Shown here: piece after piece, positions 1 to 9,515 of the stretch | How positions within the stretch are numbered: the first letter of the stretch is position 1 | Layout: each line of letters starts with the position of its first letter | Origin: Candidatus Zixiibacteriota bacterium | GTDB taxonomy: Bacteria > Zixibacteria > MSB-5A5 > GN15 > FEB-12 | DNA length: 64,000 nucleotides | Reading direction: 5' to 3' | NCBI GenBank assembly: GCA_024280215.1 | Contig: JAJRQO010000021.1 | Location: 27,827 to 91,826 of the forward strand | Translations under genes and position numbers: made by a program | The notes under the pieces: model-generated | Told to the model about the DNA's origin: nothing | Databases searched by the model: none | Seen by the model: the letters and a program-made list of their open reading frames with translations, nothing else

Positions 1-1250
1 AAACGCAGTTGCCCAAGAATTGATTCAGTTTTAAGTTTTGCATCAGAGATAATAAAGAGTGCATCGCCTGCTTCGGCTTTGGCGTGAGCTATCAATTTGT
101 CTTTGACCTCTTCGCCAATGAATTTCAGAATTGGTGATTTGTCGCCTGCTTCCGCTTTGAGAATATATGCGAGACCACCAGCACCATGCGATTTGGCAAT
201 TTCTGTCAGATTGTCAATCTGTTTGCGTGAATAAGAACCACCACCTTTGAGCATGATACCTTTGACAACTCCACCATTTTTTACATTGTCGGTAAATACT
301 TTGAAGTCGCAATCTTTGACAATATCAGAAAGGTCGATAAGTTCCATATCAAAACGCATATCAGGTTTGTCTATCCCCCATCTGTCCTTACATTCATTGT
401 AAGAGATTCGTGGGAACGGCGTTTTCAAATCATAATCAAGCATCTTTTTATAGAGGTCTTTCATAAGACCTTCCATGACCGCAAAGACATCATCGGGCGT
501 AACGTACGACATTTCCAAATCAATCTGGGTATGTTCTGGCTGACGGTCGGAACGGAGATCTTCATCACGAAGACAACGAGCGATTTGGAAATATTTGTCA
601 AAACCTGAAACCATCAAAATTTGTTTGTAGAGTTGTGGTGATTGTGGAAGTGCATAAAACTTTCCATTTTGCACACGACTCGGTACAACATAATCTCTGG
701 CACCTTCTGGAGTGGAACGAATCAATAGTGGTGTTTCGATTTCATAAAAATCAATTGAGTTTAGATAGTTTCTAATATACAGACACGCTTCATGACGCAT
801 CCGCATATTTCTCTGCATTGGAGTACGACGTAAATCTAAATATCTGTATTCCAAACGCAGTGCTTCGTTTGCTTTTGTTTCATCAGTTATTTCAAATGGA
901 GGTGTTTCCGATTCTGAGAGAATATAAAATTCGGTTACCTTCACTTCAATAGCCCCTGTCGGCATCGATTTATTGACCATACCATCAGGTCGACCGATTA
1001 CTTCACCTTTGATAGCGACGACAAATTCGTGTCTGACACGGCTCGCCTCGGTATGCATTTTTTCATCAATTTGCTCAGGGTCGATAACTATTTGAGTTTT
1101 TCCATATCTATCTCGTAAATCTATAAAAAAGACTCCACCTAAGTTGCGTTGTGATGCAACCCATCCGTTGAGTCTTACAATTTTTTTATTATCTTCAAGT
1201 CTTAATTCACCACAGGTGTGGGTTCGTTTTAATTCTGAAAAAGTTGGCAC
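1..1250 (-). CDS. aspS: Aspartyl-tRNA synthetase, N-terminal ~416 codons; 3' end lies beyond the window start
   Basis: Absent from the ORF track because no stop lies in the window. Manual minus-strand translation from GTG at 1250 gives VPTFSELKRTHTCGELRLEDNKKIVRLNGWVASQRNLGGVFFIDLRDRYGKTQIVIDPEQ..., the canonical AspRS OB-fold N-terminus. The frame stays open to position 1. Confidence 0.9.
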   Translation of the reverse strand, partial: MPTFSELKRTHTCGELRLEDNKKIVRLNGWVASQRNLGGVFFIDLRDRYGKTQIVIDPEQIDEKMHTEASRVRHEFVVAIKGEVIGRPDGMVNKSMPTGAIEVKVTEFYILSESETPPFEITDETKANEALRLEYRYLDLRRTPMQRNMRMRHEACLYIRNYLNSIDFYEIETPLLIRSTPEGARDYVVPSRVQNGKFYALPQSPQLYKQILMVSGFDKYFQIARCLRDEDLRSDRQPEHTQIDLEMSYVTPDDVFAVMEGLMKDLYKKMLDYDLKTPFPRISYNECKDRWGIDKPDMRFDMELIDLSDIVKDCDFKVFTDNVKNGGVVKGIMLKGGGSYSRKQIDNLTEIAKSHGAGGLAYILKAEAGDKSPILKFIGEEVKDKLIAHAKAEAGDALFIISDAKLKTESILGQLR

Positions 1251-1505
1251 AAAATCCTCTCTAACTATTTGTCTATTATATATATATCGGCATCTTTTTT
1301 ATGAGGTTCAGCCATATATATTTCTCTTTGGCAAAGGTATAGTATTTCTCAATAGATGTCAAGAAAGCGAAAAAACTGAAAAAAATCATTTCTTTCTATC
1401 AAAATGACTAAAAAAGCCATTGAAATTGACAATTACTTGACAAAAGTCTGATTTTATATCTTTTTAGGACATAATTGAACGGATAAAGAAGTCGATATTA
1501 CAACT

Positions 1506-2006
1506 ATGAACTTATCGCGCTATTTTAAAGAAGATTTAGTAAAACTCGAAATGTCCACCATAATCGAACCTCTTGAAGAAGATATGTCCGAGGCAAAATG
1601 GCGTCAGAGAGGAAAAGAACTTGTCTTGGATGAGTTAGTCACGCTGTTGGAGTCAGGTGTCCGAATCGGCAACCGTACAAAACTGCTATTGGATTATGTC
1701 AATCGGGAGAAAAAAGCGACAACAGGGATTGGGCATGGAATCGCTATTCCGCATGTTCGCTCAATGCAGGCAAAAGAGTTTTCGATTGCCTTTGCTCGTT
1801 CAACAGTAGGTTATGATTTTGATTCTCTTGACGGGGAACCATCCCATCTCTTTTTTATCATGGCTGCTCCCCCCTATGAAGATGATTTCTATTTAAAAGT
1901 ATATAAATCTCTTGCCGAGATGTTACAGTTTGATTCATTCCGTGAGGAACTGATGGGCATCCAACATACTGGCGAACTTATCCGCTGCATGCGCGCAATG
2001 GAGTAA
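1506..2006 (+). CDS. ptsN: PTS EIIA-type-2 domain protein, nitrogen-regulatory PtsN-like
   Basis: 166 aa. Contains the GIGHGIAIPHVR phospho-histidine motif typical of EIIA(Ntr)/fructose-mannitol family EIIA. Stand-alone, with no other PTS genes nearby. Confidence 0.85.
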   Translation: MNLSRYFKEDLVKLEMSTIIEPLEEDMSEAKWRQRGKELVLDELVTLLESGVRIGNRTKLLLDYVNREKKATTGIGHGIAIPHVRSMQAKEFSIAFARSTVGYDFDSLDGEPSHLFFIMAAPPYEDDFYLKVYKSLAEMLQFDSFREELMGIQHTGELIRCMRAME

Positions 2007-2197
2007 TAGAAAATTTCTCTCCACCAAAGACTTAATCAAATATTTTCCATCATAAAAGAATATTATGTTTTTATCTAAGTTTTGTAGCCCACTGCTTGGG
2101 GTGGGTTTCTATTCTTATAATGTAGTTATACTTAAAATGAATCGTAAAAGCATCCCAAGGGGTGTGCCACCCAACCGACAGAAAATTCACATTTCTT

Positions 2198-2225
2198 GTA
2201 GGGGCGTTACATGTAACGCCCCTAC
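2198..2225. repeat. Perfect 28-nt palindrome gtaggggcgttacatgtaacgcccctac
   Basis: Read directly; the reverse complement is identical. Belongs to the class of short intergenic hairpin repeats seen elsewhere in the window. Confidence 0.8.
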
Positions 2226-2240
2226 GCAGATTTCTGCATA

Positions 2241-2270
2241 AAAAAAGTCGGAACCACAGGGGTTCCGACC
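2241..2270 (-). terminator. Rho-independent terminator downstream of the M6 protease gene
   Basis: Stem gtcggaacc / ggttccgac (2248-2256 and 2262-2270) with a 5-nt loop. On the minus strand it is followed by a T7 run (complement of 2241-2247). Lies 35 nt past the stop at 2305. Confidence 0.8.
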
Positions 2271-2304
2271 TACGAAGATTATTATTTAAATGTTATAAAA
2301 CAAC

Positions 2305-5300
2305 TTATGGGCAGTTTGGTGGGTTGGCACCACTTTGGAACATATATGCGACCAAATAAACCAAGTCGGAAATATCAATATCACCAAGACCATCAACATT
2401 CGCTTCAAGCAGACATATCGGAGAAGTCCCATTCTGGAACATGTATGCGACCAAGAACACTAAATCAGCAATATCTATGCTATCATTATTATCCCCATCA
2501 ACATTTCCTCTGAAACCAATACAACATCCCCAGCTTCCTGTATTGAAAACAAACTGCTGTGATGACCATGTTGTATCACCTGCTATATCCGTAGCGAACA
2601 CTTTCCAGTAGTAAACCATATCAGTCGCAAGTGGACTGACTAAAGTAAACGATGAGTCAGTGCCTACTTCAAGAATGGTAGAACTACTAAACAAAGAATC
2701 TATATCATAGACTAAACTATACAAAACCGAATCACCTGGATCGGCATCTGTTGATACGTCCCAAGTAAATATCGGTATTGTTCCAACAGACTCTGCTGAG
2801 TCAGCAGGGAGTTGTAGACCAAATGCGGTTGGAGCTTGGTTTACCTGATTGACAAAAAATGATTCAACTGCAGAGTAATCTGATGATGCTGCACCATCGT
2901 TTACCCGTGACCGCCAGTAAAATTGAGCATCTTCGGTAAGTGGCACATCAACGGTCCATGAGGTCGTGCTGGCACCCTCGGCAACCAATGATGCCGATGT
3001 AACAAGTGATGATAATCCAAAATCATTATATACTTCAAATTCGTATGTCAGTACGTCGCCATTGCCATCGGAACCATTGTTAACCACAAGCGAAGGAGTG
3101 TTCGTATTCACTTGTATATCAGCAACAGGAGAAACTAACGACCCAAAAAGAGGAATTGCATTCATTGTAAATGTCGTCCTTCTCCAACCAGACCAATCGG
3201 TTCCATTGTAAACACGCATGCGAACAAAATAAGAAGCACCATCATCCAAAATCGCTCCAGCGTAGACGATAGAATCAATCGAGCCAGTTAGAATTCCAGA
3301 CTCCCACATATCATTGGCGTTAAAGCAAAGATTACCTGTACCTACCTGCACTTGATACTGAACCTGTGAGGCTCCTGTCGTATCAGAAACAGACCATCCA
3401 AAAATCGGCGTTGCTGAACTAACAGATGATGCAGAAATTTCTGATGGGAAACTAATAGAATCAACATACGGATTGGTCAATTGATTGACGGCACCGTAAT
3501 CGAAGAAAGTCATAATACGAGCAAGCACAGTATCTTGCGTAGCATAGCCTGACGATTCATAACTATTTGATATTCCTTCAAACCCAAAGCTTAACAAGAG
3601 TGATTTATAAGGACCATCATAACTAATCCCTAAGAGACCTCCAACTTGCAACTCAAATTCGGCATTTCCATCACCACCAAAAAGACTCATTGTTTCAGGG
3701 GCAGTTTGATTCGTCCATGAGTCATATCGCACTTTGAGTCCATCACCAATAACTGACCCCGAACTGCCATTTATGAGAGGAAATAATAAATCAGAGGTAT
3801 AGTCTGCTTTGAAATAATTTTGTAAAAAAGAAAGATCATCCACTGAAAGTTCTTCAGCAAGTGATTGTCCCGAAAGCATCATCCTGCCACCATTGTCCAT
3901 GAACCCTTTCATAGCAGTTACATCGGCAGCCGATAAAACATCGGCTCTGTCATCTCCACTTATCCAAATGACAATATTATAATTATCTAAATCAAATGAT
4001 GACGGAGAACCTAAAATAGATTTATCATAAATATCATGAGGAATCCGAAGGTTTCGGAGTGTATTTACTACATGCAAGTCCCATGCGGCACCATTGTCAT
4101 CATCAACAATCAACACTTCAGGAGTGCCTACATGAAGTTCATATCCAAATGTTATAGCACCTAATGGATTATCAGATGTTATATCTAAGAAAAATGAGTC
4201 GATACATGGATCAAATGTTGCTGGTATATCAAAAACGATAGGAATGACAGTATTGTTTCCAGAACCTCCATTGCCCAGCACAGTACCTATATTGACCGTT
4301 GGTGTTGTAAAGACAAAATCTGGATTTCCAGAAGACATAGTCGCTGTAACATTGTTAGCAGTCAGCCATAAATTATTAACTGTAAAGGTAAAAGTTATCG
4401 TCTCACCTAAATCAACAACTGAATTATTGTTACCATAGAGAACATCAGAAAATTCTGAAGTGGTAACGGAAAAACGAGGTGCTGAATATGAAACATCTAA
4501 ATTAGCATACATCAAAGAATCAGATGCCGAAATATCCCATACCAGAATATTGGTTGGGGCTCCAGAGTATTTATTAGAGTTCGGAAGCGAGATATTTGTA
4601 AATTCAGTTTGAGTAGCAGTAGACCAAACATCACCAGCATCTCCACTATTAGCATCATTTTCTAAATCAGATTTACCGTCTGCCTGTTCAATCCCAACAA
4701 GATAACGAGGTTCATTTGAATTACCCCATTGGGTTTCATCTATATGATAAATCAATAACCCTGAACCAGGGATTCCAAAATCATTTCCAGTTTGTTGTCT
4801 ATTTTCAACGATAAAATACTCTTGTCCAACAACGCCATTTTCCCATATACGATAAGCAACAGGGTTATAATAACTTGATGGAATTTCCTGATTGGTAAGA
4901 TTTGACGAGACATTGGTAAGGTTGATAAAGCCGAGTTCTTTTTTACACCATGCATCAAAAAATGCAGGATAACGTCCGCCAGAGTTCCAGCTTCCGCCCG
5001 CCATGAGCGACCATTTGCCAACCCCAGCAGAAGAATAATCGGTATCATACAAATCAGGTAACCCTAAGAAATGTCCATACTCATGAGAAAAAACACCCTG
5101 CGTAATAAGTCCACCCGAGCCTTCTTCTGGTTCGGTTGTATAGCTATTAATACTTATACCATCAAGGTTCATAGTATACGATGTTCCCCAGGCGTGTGAC
5201 CAAATATCAAAATCAGAACCTGTCGCTTCGGCACCTGGCCCAGCATGTACAATAAATACTCCATCGGCTGTACCATTACCATCATTATCAAACTGAGAAA

Positions 5301-5937
5301 AGTCTACAAATGGATCAGCTGCCGTAATAGCATCCTCTGCCATCCGTTGAGCATTGGTTGGATATGAACCGAAACCATTATTGCCATCGACATAATATGC
5401 GTAGGTTTGTGGAAGACGATACCATCCTGCCACAACACCCTCTAAGACAAAATTCCCATAAGAGTTTTCGTAATAAAATTCAGACATCGAATAATGGCTG
5501 TCGGTTGAGTCAAATGAAAATAAAAGATGTTCAAAGTCAGCAACAGTAGCCGAATAACCTCCGCTTGCAGCAGTCTTATCGGAGAAGTCTGCTAAAATAA
5601 CCACAACCCGAAATGTATCAATTGCATTTGCGTCGGTTGAAAATGATGCGGTAGCTTTAAGATTTACATCATTATGTGGTTGGCAAACGCCTTTTGCTTT
5701 AGCAGTTGCCATACGGTCTATAAATTTTTGTAGCTCACCAGATTCTCGAAGTTTTTCAACTAAATCAGGTGACATAGGAACCGCATGAACAGGACGATTG
5801 ATAAAGATTATAACAGTAAAAAGAATAACAAGTAGGAATGTTATTTTAGATAAAGTAAATTTTGATAAAACCAAGGGTAGGCCTCCAAGTTGTTTACGCA
5901 GAAAGTGTAGCATTTTAGATGACTCTGCAACATACAA
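2305..5937 (-). CDS. Secreted M6-family (immune inhibitor A-like) zinc metalloprotease with FN3/Ig-like repeats and a C-terminal Cys-framed dockerin-like module
   Basis: 1210 aa. HEYGHFLGLPDLYD zinc motif typical of peptidase M6. N-terminal hydrophobic signal/anchor. C-terminus has two EF-hand-like repeats: GNVDGDNNDSIDIADLVFLVAYMF and ANVDGLGDIDISDLVYLVAYMF. The true start may be the internal Met (MLHFLRK...). Confidence 0.85.
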   Translation of the reverse strand: MYVAESSKMLHFLRKQLGGLPLVLSKFTLSKITFLLVILFTVIIFINRPVHAVPMSPDLVEKLRESGELQKFIDRMATAKAKGVCQPHNDVNLKATASFSTDANAIDTFRVVVILADFSDKTAASGGYSATVADFEHLLFSFDSTDSHYSMSEFYYENSYGNFVLEGVVAGWYRLPQTYAYYVDGNNGFGSYPTNAQRMAEDAITAADPFVDFSQFDNDGNGTADGVFIVHAGPGAEATGSDFDIWSHAWGTSYTMNLDGISINSYTTEPEEGSGGLITQGVFSHEYGHFLGLPDLYDTDYSSAGVGKWSLMAGGSWNSGGRYPAFFDAWCKKELGFINLTNVSSNLTNQEIPSSYYNPVAYRIWENGVVGQEYFIVENRQQTGNDFGIPGSGLLIYHIDETQWGNSNEPRYLVGIEQADGKSDLENDANSGDAGDVWSTATQTEFTNISLPNSNKYSGAPTNILVWDISASDSLMYANLDVSYSAPRFSVTTSEFSDVLYGNNNSVVDLGETITFTFTVNNLWLTANNVTATMSSGNPDFVFTTPTVNIGTVLGNGGSGNNTVIPIVFDIPATFDPCIDSFFLDITSDNPLGAITFGYELHVGTPEVLIVDDDNGAAWDLHVVNTLRNLRIPHDIYDKSILGSPSSFDLDNYNIVIWISGDDRADVLSAADVTAMKGFMDNGGRMMLSGQSLAEELSVDDLSFLQNYFKADYTSDLLFPLINGSSGSVIGDGLKVRYDSWTNQTAPETMSLFGGDGNAEFELQVGGLLGISYDGPYKSLLLSFGFEGISNSYESSGYATQDTVLARIMTFFDYGAVNQLTNPYVDSISFPSEISASSVSSATPIFGWSVSDTTGASQVQYQVQVGTGNLCFNANDMWESGILTGSIDSIVYAGAILDDGASYFVRMRVYNGTDWSGWRRTTFTMNAIPLFGSLVSPVADIQVNTNTPSLVVNNGSDGNGDVLTYEFEVYNDFGLSSLVTSASLVAEGASTTSWTVDVPLTEDAQFYWRSRVNDGAASSDYSAVESFFVNQVNQAPTAFGLQLPADSAESVGTIPIFTWDVSTDADPGDSVLYSLVYDIDSLFSSSTILEVGTDSSFTLVSPLATDMVYYWKVFATDIAGDTTWSSQQFVFNTGSWGCCIGFRGNVDGDNNDSIDIADLVFLVAYMFQNGTSPICLLEANVDGLGDIDISDLVYLVAYMFQSGANPPNCP

Positions 5938-6045
5938 AAGATACGAGTTAAGTCAATATTTCAACAAGAGAAAACAGAATATGCGTTTTTTATCTTCTTT
6001 CTGTTTCTATCGGAATTTTTTTGTAAACCTTTGGGGTTTTGGATG

Positions 6046-6489
6046 TTAATTAAATAGTCGAAGTATTTTCACCCTTGAAGTCAATTTTGGTATTGGTCGA
6101 ATCTTGATATATCCATTCTGAGACCATGCTTTTTCACTGTTGATTGTCTCGCTATTGCCTCCTGAAGCTCCTAATTGGAATGATTCATCTAAGCAGATTA
6201 CGACATGATACGCTTTCCCTGAGCTGTTGAGATAGAAAAACAAGGCTCCCTCTTCAGCGATTTCAAGCTCTTTTTTTTCAGAAAAATATCGATATAAACC
6301 ATCAGCAGTAAAATCCTGATTTTCTTTACAAAGCCCAATTGATTTGAGGCATTCGATTACTAATCCTGAACAATCAAAGCCCGAAGGGTCATCACCGCCC
6401 CATTTGTAGGGTGTTCCAAGATATGAAAGTGCTGTATACATAAACCATTTGCGTGAATTTTGTTTCATACAAGACTGAGAAAAATACAA
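6046..6489 (-). CDS. NlpC/P60 (C40) family peptidase
   Basis: 147 aa. YLGTPYKWGGDDPSGFDCSGLV catalytic-Cys motif and a downstream His (AYHVVICLD). No obvious signal peptide. Confidence 0.8.
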   Translation of the reverse strand: MYFSQSCMKQNSRKWFMYTALSYLGTPYKWGGDDPSGFDCSGLVIECLKSIGLCKENQDFTADGLYRYFSEKKELEIAEEGALFFYLNSSGKAYHVVICLDESFQLGASGGNSETINSEKAWSQNGYIKIRPIPKLTSRVKILRLFN

Positions 6490-6518
6490 AATAGTGAATA
6501 GTTATATCGAATTTGTAA

Positions 6519-7316
6519 TTAGAAACATGAGCTCGGTTGAGCACCATTTGAGAAAAGAAAACTTACCAACAAAATCAAATCTGAGATATCAATATCCCCG
6601 TTACCATCAATATTTGCTTCTTCTCGACATTTTATTTCCATTCCATCATGAAACATAAAATCGACCAAAAAGACTAAATCTAAGAGATTAATCTCTTCAT
6701 TCATGTCGTGGTCAACATTCCCACGTTGACCACGACAACATTTTGGACCTATGACAAAACAATGAGGTCCATCCCATGATGGAATAATTACAACACCATC
6801 AAATTTCCACAACCAAAGCATACCAGGGGGAATCATCGCATTATCAATACAAATTGTTTTTCCTTGATGTTCCGATGGAATTAAAAACGAAAGAATTAAA
6901 CCAACATCAGAAAAATCAACTTGAGTACAATTAAAGAATGTTGCTCCACCATAACCGATAGTATCGGTTCCTTTGTTATCAACGGAAAAATCAAAAATTG
7001 TAGATAAAGCATCAAATTGTAATTCCCAGTCAAAGTTGACAGTATCCAAACGTAAATCAGTCCATGTCAGTGTTGAATCATAGTCCCCCGTTAAGTTTTC
7101 ACCATAAATCCTAAACCCAGATTGGATAATTTCGAGACAACCTAATTCTGCTGAGATTTCAAATTTCAAATGAAGCTTAACATTGAAATCAGAAAAAATT
7201 GTATCGGTACTATACAAACCTTCAACATGATCAACGCTAATACTTGGAGCATCAGCTTGACATATTGGGCTCAATAGGAGAAGTATACTTAGGACATATC
7301 GTTTCATTTTCACCAC
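6519..7316 (-). CDS. Secreted protein of unknown function with a C-terminal Cys-framed dockerin-like module
   Basis: 265 aa. Signal peptide MKRYVLSILLLLSPICQA. C-terminus CCRGQRGNVDHDMNEEINLLDLVFLVDFMF...ANIDGNGDIDISDLILLVSFLFSNGAQPSSCF is homologous to the tail of the M6 protease. Confidence 0.75.
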   Translation of the reverse strand: MVKMKRYVLSILLLLSPICQADAPSISVDHVEGLYSTDTIFSDFNVKLHLKFEISAELGCLEIIQSGFRIYGENLTGDYDSTLTWTDLRLDTVNFDWELQFDALSTIFDFSVDNKGTDTIGYGGATFFNCTQVDFSDVGLILSFLIPSEHQGKTICIDNAMIPPGMLWLWKFDGVVIIPSWDGPHCFVIGPKCCRGQRGNVDHDMNEEINLLDLVFLVDFMFHDGMEIKCREEANIDGNGDIDISDLILLVSFLFSNGAQPSSCF

Positions 7317-7349
7317 TTTGGTAAAGTAAAATACTTTTGTTACGAATTT

Positions 7350-8219
7350 TTATTTTTTTGATTGAACACTTGCTACATAAACACCAACTAAGACAAGAAA
7401 CCCACCAAGTGCGGCAAATGCTCCAAATGTTTCACCTAAGTATGGTACGGCAAGAACAGTTGTAGCGATTGGTTCTAAATAAAGAAAAAAGCCCGCTTTG
7501 GCAGCACCATGTTTTGCGACTCCCTCTTGCCAAAACCAATGAGCGACAACCAGACAAAAAACTCCAAGCATAGTCAAGGCTATCATCGGTTCTGCCGGAA
7601 GATTTATAAAAACTGACCAATCAGAGTTGAACAACATATAGCCAACTGTTATAACTGTCGCAGGGATAAACATAGCAAATGTCACCGCGATCGGATTATA
7701 TTTTCGTGAAATATCACGAGTCACGACAGTAAAGACTGCCCATGTATGAGCCGACACAAGTACCAGCCAATCGCCAACAGATGAAAGCCAATTGATATTT
7801 GCAAGGTTACCTTTTGAAACTAAAAGAACAATACCAACGGTTGCGATGATGATTCCATATATTGCCATGCGGCTAATTTTTTCATTTAAAAAGAGGAACG
7901 CCAATATCGCAAGTACCAATGGTGTGACAGAAATTATCCATCCTGTGTTAGTCGCTGAGGTAAATTGCAATCCAGTAATCTGAATAAAAAAATGAGCAGC
8001 GATAATAAGTCCACCTATCAAAACTCTCAGGTAATCTTTTTTATCAAATTGTAGTTTAATTTTTTTCTTTAAAATAACAAGATACAAAAATGGCAGACCA
8101 ATAATAAACCGTAGTCCCATCAGCTCGATAGGTGTGACATAGTCTAAAAGTATTTTTGTAAAGACAAATGACCATCCCCAAAAGAACACCGCCAACAGTA
8201 GCATGACCCTCTCACGCAT
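7350..8219 (-). CDS. EamA/DMT-family transporter
   Basis: 289 aa, about 10 hydrophobic helices arranged as two EamA-like halves. Its start overlaps the stop of the upstream paralog (TAATG on the minus strand at 8217-8221). Confidence 0.8.
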   Translation of the reverse strand: MRERVMLLLAVFFWGWSFVFTKILLDYVTPIELMGLRFIIGLPFLYLVILKKKIKLQFDKKDYLRVLIGGLIIAAHFFIQITGLQFTSATNTGWIISVTPLVLAILAFLFLNEKISRMAIYGIIIATVGIVLLVSKGNLANINWLSSVGDWLVLVSAHTWAVFTVVTRDISRKYNPIAVTFAMFIPATVITVGYMLFNSDWSVFINLPAEPMIALTMLGVFCLVVAHWFWQEGVAKHGAAKAGFFLYLEPIATTVLAVPYLGETFGAFAALGGFLVLVGVYVASVQSKK

Positions 8220-9154
8220 TAGGCATCATGCTCCATCAGTTTTGTTTTCCCACTCTTCTCAGCAATGAAAACCCCAACGGTAATAAAGATCGCTCCTAAA
8301 ATCAACCAGGCTGTAATTTGTTCAGATAAAATCACCCACGCCCCAACCATCGTGATAAGTGGTTCAACATAAAGATAAATTCCTACCTCTGAGGCATTTT
8401 GTCGAGCCAGCCCCTCTGACCATAACCAAAAAGCAATCGCCAAACAAAAGACACCAAGAAATATCAGACTTACGAGAGTATCAGTTTGGAGGGTCATAAA
8501 TTTTGAAACATCGGAAGTAAAAAAAGTATAAGGAACAAAAATCAGTCCCGCAAAGGTTGTCATCCAAAATGTTGTATAGAGTGGATCTGCAACAGCTCGA
8601 ATCTTCCGAATCCAAATCGTATAAGTAGCCCAAGTGACACATGAACCAAGCACGATATAATCGCCCCGTGAGTTTAGCCATTTTAGATTTTCAAATGAGC
8701 CATTTGCCATAAGGACAATAACCCCAAATGCAGCAACCATCAGTCCAATCGATTGCCTGAGAGTGAATTTCTCTTTTAAGACAATCCATCCTAAAATCGC
8801 TATAAAAATTGGAGCTGTTGTCAAGATCCATGCCGTATTTGATGCGGTCGTTTCTTGCATACCAACCGCCATTACCCAAAAATGAACAAATATGAGCAAT
8901 GCTCCGACAAGAATCTCAAAATGATTTTTCAATGGGAAAATATTGATTTTCTTAAAAAGTAAAATCCCTAATAGAGCAGGCACGGCAAGCAAAAACCGTA
9001 TTGAAATCATCTCAACAGGTTCAAGTTCACCCAAGACGATTTTAATCGCTATATATGACAATCCCCAGAAAATAACTGGGATCAGAAGATAAAGTGTTCC
9101 GCGGTTCATGTCGAAAAGTAATATATAGAAAGAAAAATGAAAGTAATTTTTCAA
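8219..9154 (-). CDS. EamA/DMT-family transporter (tandem paralog)
   Basis: 311 aa polytopic membrane protein similar in layout to 7350-8219. The true start may be the internal Met (MNRGTLYLL). Confidence 0.8.
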   Translation of the reverse strand: MKNYFHFSFYILLFDMNRGTLYLLIPVIFWGLSYIAIKIVLGELEPVEMISIRFLLAVPALLGILLFKKINIFPLKNHFEILVGALLIFVHFWVMAVGMQETTASNTAWILTTAPIFIAILGWIVLKEKFTLRQSIGLMVAAFGVIVLMANGSFENLKWLNSRGDYIVLGSCVTWATYTIWIRKIRAVADPLYTTFWMTTFAGLIFVPYTFFTSDVSKFMTLQTDTLVSLIFLGVFCLAIAFWLWSEGLARQNASEVGIYLYVEPLITMVGAWVILSEQITAWLILGAIFITVGVFIAEKSGKTKLMEHDA

Positions 9155-9176
9155 TAATAAACAAACGGAGATTATT

Positions 9177-9410
9177 ATGTCAGATGAAAAACTAATTCAA
9201 AAAATCGATGAATTCATTGAATTTCAAAAACGTCCATCTATATTTTTAAAACCAACATTAGTCATGCAAGACCATAAATGGTGTGCATGGTACGGTGAAT
9301 CAATTGACAATGGTATCGCTGGTTTCGGAAAAACTCCAACTGAAGCATATCATGACTTTGATATGAAATTCTATGACTACATTCCAAAACATGAAACTAT
9401 AAATGCATAA
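9177..9410 (+). CDS. Small hypothetical protein (77 aa), weak HicB/UPF0150-like motif
   Basis: GGAG Shine-Dalgarno 8 nt upstream and a strong terminator directly downstream. The motif GIAGFGKTPTEAYHDF resembles the G-x-G-x-T-x-x-EA signature of HicB-like folds. The family assignment is weak. Confidence 0.55.
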   Translation: MSDEKLIQKIDEFIEFQKRPSIFLKPTLVMQDHKWCAWYGESIDNGIAGFGKTPTEAYHDFDMKFYDYIPKHETINA

Positions 9411-9427
9411 AGATTTTTTTAACTATA

Positions 9428-9466
9428 AAGGGATTGAATCATTATGAATTCAATCCCTTTTTTTAT
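9428..9466 (+). terminator. Rho-independent terminator after the 77-aa ORF
   Basis: 12-bp stem aagggattgaat / attcaatccctt with an 8-nt loop, followed by a T-run. Confidence 0.85.
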
Positions 9467-9515
9467 TGAAAATATGTAGAGCTTATCATATCTTGCAAAA
9501 AAGAATGAGGTCTCT

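Noticed and set aside
1144-1407. 87-aa plus-strand ORF, and 2162-2359 / 2307-2513
   Set aside because: They overlap the aspS 5' end and promoter region, or the terminator and 3' end of the M6 protease gene. They have no motif or start context.
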